Source: an uncultured Clostridiaceae bacterium (GTDB taxonomy: Bacteria; Bacillota; Clostridia; TANB77; CAG-508). From it: 64,000 nucleotides of DNA. Location of the stretch: positions 1,738-65,737 of the forward strand of contig CAKNOI010000005.1 of NCBI GenBank assembly GCA_930990125.1, given 5' to 3'. The translations under genes were made by a program, and so were the position numbers. The notes beneath the pieces are model-generated. The model was not told where the DNA came from. It did no database searches and saw only the letters and a list, made by a program, of their open reading frames with translations. Of this stretch, positions 58,487 to 64,000 are shown in pieces (position 1 is the stretch's first letter; each line of letters opens with the position of its first letter).

Positions 58487-59635
58487 ATGGCACAAAACAA
58501 TCGAATCTTTTTTGTTTGCTTTATGATAGTTTGGGCTTTACTTATTGTCCTTAATTTTATCATACAGCCAGACGAGTTTTCAGAAATAGAAAACAGATAT
58601 TTAGCAAAACTACCCAAATTAGAACTAGAAGAGGTAGTTTCAGGCGAATATTCCGAAAAACTAGACACCTATATTAATGACCATTTTATCTTTCGTCCTT
58701 TTTTTGTAGGATTAAAAACAGAATGGGAAAAACTATTAGGAAAAAAGGAAAGTAATTCTATTTATTTCGGAAAACAGCAATATTTACTAGAAAAATATAT
58801 GACACCAGATGAGAAAAAAATAGATACTATCGTACAAACCATTCAGAACTTTCAGACAAACAATCCAGAAATAAAACTCACGATGTTGCTTGCTCCAACA
58901 AGTGTAGAAATTAATCAAGATAAATTACCTAAATTTGCGATAAATGCTTCAGAAGAAGAAACCATTCATTCTATTTATCAGGCACTTCCAGAGGTTACCA
59001 CAATAGATGTTATTCCTGCTTTAAAAGAAGAGAATGTCAAGGGAAAACAAACATATTTCCGCTTAGACCATCATTGGAATACATATGGTGCCTTTGTCGC
59101 TTATCAAGAATATTGCAACACATTAGGGATAATGCCATATCAAGAATCTGATTTTGAAAAAGAAATCGTATCTAGGGATTTCCAAGGAACAAATTATTCT
59201 AGAAGCGGAGAATATTTATATAAACCAGATACTATAGAAAAATATGTACCTAAATTTCCTGTAGAGTATAAAGTAAGTTATGTACCATTAGATAGCAAAG
59301 ACGGAAAATTGGTACAAACCGATTCTTTCTATTTTGAAGAATATCTACATACAAAAGATAAATATTCGTATTTTTTAAATAATAACCCAGCAAACATGAT
59401 AATAGAAAACAGCAAAGCGAAAGAGGATAAAGAAATACTAGTATTAAAAGATTCTTATGCTAATATTTTTCTACCTTTTTTAGCGAACCATTATTCTAAA
59501 ATACACATTTTAGACCTTCGCTATTACAATGTATCTGTTTCTGAATACTGTATGGAAAATCACATAGACCAAATACTATTTTTATACAATATTTTAACCC
59601 TAGATGAGGATTTAGGTATATTAAAATTAAGATAA
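58487..59635 (+). CDS. DHHW family protein (AlgX/AlgJ-like SGNH partner of MBOAT)
   Basis: N-terminal TM anchor and the literal family motif FRLDHHWNTYGAF. Confidence 0.85.
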   Translation: MAQNNRIFFVCFMIVWALLIVLNFIIQPDEFSEIENRYLAKLPKLELEEVVSGEYSEKLDTYINDHFIFRPFFVGLKTEWEKLLGKKESNSIYFGKQQYLLEKYMTPDEKKIDTIVQTIQNFQTNNPEIKLTMLLAPTSVEINQDKLPKFAINASEEETIHSIYQALPEVTTIDVIPALKEENVKGKQTYFRLDHHWNTYGAFVAYQEYCNTLGIMPYQESDFEKEIVSRDFQGTNYSRSGEYLYKPDTIEKYVPKFPVEYKVSYVPLDSKDGKLVQTDSFYFEEYLHTKDKYSYFLNNNPANMIIENSKAKEDKEILVLKDSYANIFLPFLANHYSKIHILDLRYYNVSVSEYCMENHIDQILFLYNILTLDEDLGILKLR

Positions 59636-59673
59636 AGTTTAAAAGCCTTCTGACAAAATAATTGTTGAAAGGC

Positions 59674-60990
59674 TTAAGTGTAATGACGGAGAATAGAAAC
59701 CAGTTTCCCAGTGCTAATGGTAAAATTTAAAATTTCACTTACACAAATAACTAGTAAATATCCAGGAAGTCCTAGGATAGGTACCATAAAATAAATGAGA
59801 AAAATGCTAACTAATAAATCGATAATATTGCATAACATAACACTTACTTGTGCATCTAGACCTTTCAAAATACTATCTACAATAGTATCCAAATACATAA
59901 AAAATAAAAGAGGTGCTAGTAATTTTATATATACTGCAACTTCAGCATTTTGATACATCCAAACACTTAATTTTTCTGCAAATAGAAGAAAGAAAACAGT
60001 TAAAATAATAGAAAATATGCCAAACACTTTAAAAAGTAAAATGCAAATTTCTTTCACACGTTTGTAATCTTGCTTTGCTCGATACCTAGAAAATTCTGGA
60101 ACTAATAAGTTACTAATTGCATTAATTAGTACACTAGGAAACATCAAAACAGGAATTGCCATTCCAGTGACCATACCATAACCAGAGAGTGCATCCGAAC
60201 AACTTAAACCTGACTTTTCTAAACTAGAAGGAATAAGCACTTGTTTTATGGTAGATAAACCAGAACGAATATAGGAAGTAAGGGCAACCGGAACAGCAAT
60301 ACGAAAAATTCTTCTACTATCACTTCCTTGTGCACGAGAATGATTATGATAGCGCCTACTATCAAGACGATATAGCAAATAAATATAAGCAAAAGAGCAA
60401 ACTTCAGAAATAACATCACCTAAGATAAGAGAAAGACAAGCATATTCTAACCCAGGCGGAAATAGCAGATTTAGAAAATAAGCAGTAAGTCCAATTTTTA
60501 CAAATTGCTCAAAAAATTGGCAAGAAGCAGGCTTGTAAACTCTACGAACAGCAGTAAAATATCCATGAACAGCAGAAGACATAGAAATAAAAGGCAAAGC
60601 AATACAAACAATATGCAAACACTTTGGCGTAATTCTAGAATGAAGCCAAACCTTAGTAATGGTATCAGAAAACACAAACAAAAGAAAGCTAGCTATGGCA
60701 CCAGTAAGAAAAGAAAACAAGATGCACTTTTGCGTAACCTTTTTTGCTCTACTAGTATTTCCTTGGGCAAGTTCTTCGGATACAAGCCTAGTAGTAGCAA
60801 GATTGATACCAGATTTGGCAATCGTAACAGCAAACAAATAAATGGACATCACAAGAGAAAAAAGCCCCACAGCCTCTGTACCAATTTTGCCAGAAATATA
60901 TACATTAAAACTTACTCCTATGGTGTGTAGCAAAAAAGAAGTAAGAGTAAGAACTACGGTATTAATAAAAAAGAGTTTTAATCTTTTCAA
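59674..60990 (-). CDS. MOP-superfamily flippase, SpoVB/MurJ-like
   Basis: About 12-14 TM helices, polysaccharide-biosynthesis/SpoVB-like layout. Start is placed at TTG 60990 behind an AAGGTGA SD, because the ORF-track GTG start at 61053 would overlap the SD and start of the divergent gene. Confidence 0.7.
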   Translation of the reverse strand: MKRLKLFFINTVVLTLTSFLLHTIGVSFNVYISGKIGTEAVGLFSLVMSIYLFAVTIAKSGINLATTRLVSEELAQGNTSRAKKVTQKCILFSFLTGAIASFLLFVFSDTITKVWLHSRITPKCLHIVCIALPFISMSSAVHGYFTAVRRVYKPASCQFFEQFVKIGLTAYFLNLLFPPGLEYACLSLILGDVISEVCSFAYIYLLYRLDSRRYHNHSRAQGSDSRRIFRIAVPVALTSYIRSGLSTIKQVLIPSSLEKSGLSCSDALSGYGMVTGMAIPVLMFPSVLINAISNLLVPEFSRYRAKQDYKRVKEICILLFKVFGIFSIILTVFFLLFAEKLSVWMYQNAEVAVYIKLLAPLLFFMYLDTIVDSILKGLDAQVSVMLCNIIDLLVSIFLIYFMVPILGLPGYLLVICVSEILNFTISTGKLVSILRHYT

Positions 60991-61053
60991 TGAAAAATCA
61001 CCTTGTAATATATATGAAGTAAAAATAGGAAAATGATAAAAGGAGGAAAGCAC

Positions 61054-61581
61054 ATGGAAGCAAATAGAATTAGTATTATAGGAGGAAGCGGAACAGGTAA
61101 AACAACACTTGCAACTAATCTAGGAACTGAATTAAACCTGCCAATCTATCATATAGATGGAATTCACCATCTAAAAAACTGGGAAAAAAGAGACAAACAG
61201 GAAAGAGATCAGATCGTCTTAGAAAAAATACAAGAAAACAAATGGGTTATAGACGGAACCTACCGTACCACATTAAAAAAGCGACTAGAAAAATCAGACC
61301 TTGTCATTTATTTAGATTATTCGACATTTGCACAACTAAAAGGAGTATTAGGAAGATATATCAAAAACCATGGAAAAGAGAAAAAAGAAATACCAGGTTG
61401 TAAGGAAAAAATGTCGTTAGAATTTTTTCTATGGGTATTGCATTGGAGAAAAAACAAAAGAGCGGATATTATCCAAGTAATAAATGAAATAGATAACAAG
61501 AAGGTAATTGTTTTTAGAAAGAGAAAGGAATTAAATAGGTGGTATCAGAAGGAATTTGGCAAAAAGATACGTGCTGATTAG
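61054..61581 (+). CDS. P-loop kinase-like ATPase (topology modulation protein/adenylate-kinase-like family)
   Basis: ISIIGGSGTGKTTLATNL Walker A, about 175 aa, AAGGAGGAAAG SD before ATG 61054. Confidence 0.7.
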   Translation: MEANRISIIGGSGTGKTTLATNLGTELNLPIYHIDGIHHLKNWEKRDKQERDQIVLEKIQENKWVIDGTYRTTLKKRLEKSDLVIYLDYSTFAQLKGVLGRYIKNHGKEKKEIPGCKEKMSLEFFLWVLHWRKNKRADIIQVINEIDNKKVIVFRKRKELNRWYQKEFGKKIRAD

Positions 61582-61747
61582 AGATAAAAAAATTTTAATA
61601 ATAAGTGCAAGACCCAACGACACTTATGCGCAAATGAAAGAAATGAATGATAACCAAGGTCTTATTGGATTATCCAAAGAGCAAATTATCAAGAATAATA
61701 TAATTTAATTTGCAAGATATAGATTTAAAATTGTTGATAATGAAAAT

Positions 61748-61776
61748 TTGTATATCAAATTTTATTATGCTATAAT
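61748..61776 (+). promoter_or_regulatory. sigma-A type promoter
   Basis: TTGTAT (61748-61753), 17-nt spacer, TATAAT (61771-61776). Confidence 0.5.
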
Positions 61777-61824
61777 ATTGTTGAAATAAATGTTACTATA
61801 TTCTAATAAAATGGAGGTATCATT

Positions 61825-61890
61825 ATGAGAAAATATTTCTACTCTCCTATTTACTTTTGGTTAACAACTTACAAATTAGCGAATTATTAG
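61825..61890 (+). CDS. 21-codon mini-ORF encoding an aromatic-rich peptide (MRKYFYSPIYFWLTTYKLANY)
   Basis: TGGAGGT SD 6 nt upstream of the ATG, and the promoter above lies about 50 nt upstream. There is no evidence of translation. Confidence 0.3.
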   Translation: MRKYFYSPIYFWLTTYKLANY

Positions 61891-61951
61891 AGTAGTAGTA
61901 GCTTGATAAAATGTTAAAATACATTGCTTGTAGCAACGAGACTTTATAATT

Positions 61952-62155
61952 ATGGATGTATGTATCATATTACTTTTTATATTATTAACAGTATTAGGTA
62001 GTCCGTATCAAAATTGGGATTATAGTCATCCCGAGTGGGCTGTTATAGGAACTATATGGCATGCATTTGAATGGGTATTTTTTAAAGTTGCACCAATTAT
62101 GGTTATACTAATTACTTCAATATTAGGGATAATATTTATAAAAAGGAATAAGTAA
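61952..62155 (+). CDS. small 2-TM hypothetical protein (67 aa)
   Basis: Two clear hydrophobic helices, but no recognisable SD upstream of the ATG. Confidence 0.3.
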   Translation: MDVCIILLFILLTVLGSPYQNWDYSHPEWAVIGTIWHAFEWVFFKVAPIMVILITSILGIIFIKRNK

Positions 62156-62279
62156 CAAATTACAATTTTCTTAAATAAACTGCAACTAAACTAATGGTTT
62201 ATTAAAGTAAACTAGCTGTCGGTTGAGTTTGCAAAATATCAGTAATAAAATAGAATTAACAATCAAAGGAGGGATTTAT

Positions 62280-62678
62280 ATGTCAAACAAAACACTTGGA
62301 GAAATGATTAATTCTTTAAGAAAAGAAAAAAATATGACACAAAATGATTTGGCAGAAAAAATGAATGTTACTGACAAAGCTGTGTCAAAATGGGAAAGGA
62401 ACTTATCTTGCCCTGATGTTAATTCTATTCCAAAGTTAGCAGAGATTTTAGGCGTTTCTGTGGAAGAACTATTAAATGCACAAACTAAACAAGACAATGG
62501 CAAAGTAGATGATATTATAAATATTGCTTTAATAGGAGTTGGTCTTGCAATGGGTATTTGTATTATAGTTACATCTGTATTAAAACAAATTGATGTGGAT
62601 AATGCAATTACTATGTTGGGAATAGGATTGAGTTGTTTGTCCATTTATTTATTAAAGAATAAAAAAGATAAACAATAA
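62280..62678 (+). CDS. XRE-family helix-turn-helix regulator with C-terminal membrane anchor
   Basis: LGEMINSLRKEKNMTQNDLAEKMNVTDKAVSKWERNLSCPDVNSIPKLAEILGVSVEELL HTH_3 domain, followed by two TM helices. Start ATG 62280 behind AAGGAGGGA. Confidence 0.85.
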   Translation: MSNKTLGEMINSLRKEKNMTQNDLAEKMNVTDKAVSKWERNLSCPDVNSIPKLAEILGVSVEELLNAQTKQDNGKVDDIINIALIGVGLAMGICIIVTSVLKQIDVDNAITMLGIGLSCLSIYLLKNKKDKQ

Positions 62679-62687
62679 AAAGAATAT

Positions 62688-62720
62688 GGGCTAGAATTTA
62701 TAATTACTAGCCCTTCAAAT
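62688..62720 (+). terminator. Rho-independent terminator (first of two in tandem)
   Basis: GGGCTAGAATT ... AATTACTAGCCC, followed by TTCAAATT. Confidence 0.6.
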
Positions 62721-62730
62721 TACAATAAGT

Positions 62731-62764
62731 AAAGCAGATAGTTAGTTGCTAATTATCTGCTTTT
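62731..62764 (+). terminator. Rho-independent terminator (second of two in tandem)
   Basis: AAAGCAGATA ... TATCTGCTTTT. Confidence 0.65.
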
Positions 62765-62855
62765 ATAATAAGTAACTTTTTTATATACTAATTCATAAAA
62801 TATAGAAACAAAAATGAAGTCATAGTAGAGCAAAAAGCTCGGATGGAGGTTTTCT

Positions 62856-63606
62856 ATGGATTATGAATTAATGATGAATGGAAATGTAAAAATAGGGATG
62901 AAAGCTCCTAATTTTGAAGCAAATACAACAATGGGACCTATTTGTTTAGAGAACTATAAAGGAAAATGGGTGGTATTATTTTCACACCCAGGAGATTTTA
63001 CCCCCGTATGTACGACAGAGATAATAGCTTTTGCTAAAGCAAATCCGTATTTTAGTAGACGAAATACTTGCCTAATAGGGCTTAGTGTAGATAGTAATGC
63101 ATCCCATTTGGCTTGGGTATATGACATTTTTTGTAAAACTGGAATACGAGTATCTTTTCCTATTATAGCGGACCCAAATGGTGTCATTGCTAGAAAATAC
63201 GGAATGATTTCTTCGGATGTTAGTAATACAGAAACAGTAAGAAATGTGTTTATCATTGATGAAAATGGAATAGTAAGAGCAATTTTAGTATATCCAATGC
63301 AAGTACGGAAGATGTATTCCAGAAATACTAAGAACAGTAGAAGCACTTCAAATTGCAGATAAAGAAAAAGTAAGTATGCCAGCTAATTGGGTACCTTGTG
63401 ACCCTGTTATTATAGCACCGCCAAAAACGTTTGCAGAGTTAGAAGAAAGAAATAAACAAATACAAAAAAACAGAAATGGAATGGCTTGGTATTTGAGCTT
63501 AAAAAAACCAGAACATTGCATTGCCGACAATGAAAAAAGACAACTAGAAGCCAAGACACAAGAATCTGTTCCAAAAAACCCAATAAAAACACAAATTTTT
63601 GCATAA
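62856..63606 (+). pseudogene. Prx6-type (1-Cys-like) peroxiredoxin interrupted by a +1 frameshift at about 63306
   Basis: ORF 62856-63362 carries WVVLFSHPGDFTPVCTTE and ends ...LVYPMQVRKMYSRNTK...*. The next frame reads GRCIPEILRTVEALQIADKEKVSMPANWVPCDPVIIAPP. Deleting C63306 restores YPMQVGRCIPEILR, the conserved YPxxxGRNxxEILR region. Confidence 0.85.
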
Positions 63607-63621
63607 ATTTTGAAAGAAAGG

Positions 63622-63651
63622 TTGAACATATTAGAAAAAATATGGTATAAT
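63622..63651 (+). promoter_or_regulatory. sigma-A promoter with extended -10
   Basis: TTGAAC (63622-63627), 18-nt spacer ending in TGG, TATAAT (63646-63651). Confidence 0.55.
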
Positions 63652-63717
63652 AGTACTTCAGAGTACACATGTCGAAAAAAATCACATATTGTAATAGATA
63701 AGTAAGGGGGAATTACA

Positions 63718-64000
63718 TTGAGAAAGACAAAAATAGTATGTACCATAGGTCCAGCAAGTGGAGACGTAGAGACCTTAAAAGAACTAATGAAAGCAGGAAT
63801 GAATGTAGCTAGAATTAATTTTTCACATGGAAGCTATCCAGAACAAGAAAAATACATAAATGCAGTAAAACAAGCAAGAAAAGAACTTGGACTTCCAGTG
63901 GCATTACTTTTAGATATGCAAGGACCAGAAATTAGAACAGGAAAATTAAAAGAGTCACCAGTATATTTAGTAACTGGGGATAAATTTGTATTGGTAAATG
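63718..64000 (+). CDS. pyk: pyruvate kinase, N-terminal part (runs off the window end)
   Basis: (M)RKTKIVCTIGPASGDVETLKELMKAGMNVARINFSHGSYPEQEKYI...MQGPEIRTG. TTG start behind AAGGGGGA. Confidence 0.9.
   Translation, partial: MRKTKIVCTIGPASGDVETLKELMKAGMNVARINFSHGSYPEQEKYINAVKQARKELGLPVALLLDMQGPEIRTGKLKESPVYLVTGDKFVLVN

Noticed and set aside
61571-61710. 45-codon GTG-initiated ORF (VLIRDKKILIISARPNDTYAQMKEMNDNQGLIGLSKEQIIKNNII) overlapping the end of the ATPase gene.
   Set aside because: It has no SD and overlaps the preceding stop. It is too short and featureless to call, and is possibly a gene remnant.

Overview
64-kb chromosomal segment from a low-GC, endospore-forming Firmicute, probably Clostridia. 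This is inferred from spoIIM, a SpoVB-like flippase, the ytfI/ytfJ(gerW) pair, AT-rich codon usage and frequent TTG/GTG starts. About 60 protein-coding genes, nearly all on the + strand. I found no rRNA, tRNA, CRISPR array, IS element or prophage. Left third (1-30.8 kb): housekeeping genes (ftsY, UPF0182 membrane protein, pgsA, ligA, Lsa-like ABC-F, PBP5-type carboxypeptidase, tmcAL, rnhA, coaD, coaE, EndoQ-like, spoIIM, xerD, cmk, plsC, S1, typA). It begins with a self-contained two-gene operon: a radical SAM/SPASM enzyme plus a small secreted membrane-anchored protein. Middle (30.9-51.9 kb): a ~21-kb Wzx/Wzy-type surface-polysaccharide locus, divergent from an LCP ligase gene. It encodes bacillosamine-type precursor enzymes (4,6-dehydratase, aminotransferase, small PglC-like initiating transferase) and several poorly understood components: a PLP-fold protein plus FemAB-like protein pair, a pyruvyltransferase fused to an FrhB-like Fe-S protein, a PP-loop-like orphan next to ugd, and a heavily decayed GtrII-like gene next to an intact GtrB-like synthase. 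Right part: glmM, metG, a DUF4358-MBOAT-DHHW O-acylation module, a SpoVB/MurJ-like flippase, a membrane-anchored XRE regulator, a peroxiredoxin and the start of pyk. Three otherwise intact conserved genes (ligA, a GT4 glycosyltransferase, the peroxiredoxin) each carry a single frameshift. Because ligA is essential, assembly error must be excluded before calling any of them biology. A 95-nt GC-rich structured island sits in the tmcAL/rnhA divergent intergenic region. All protein calls rest on motifs read from the supplied translations. No database search was run.
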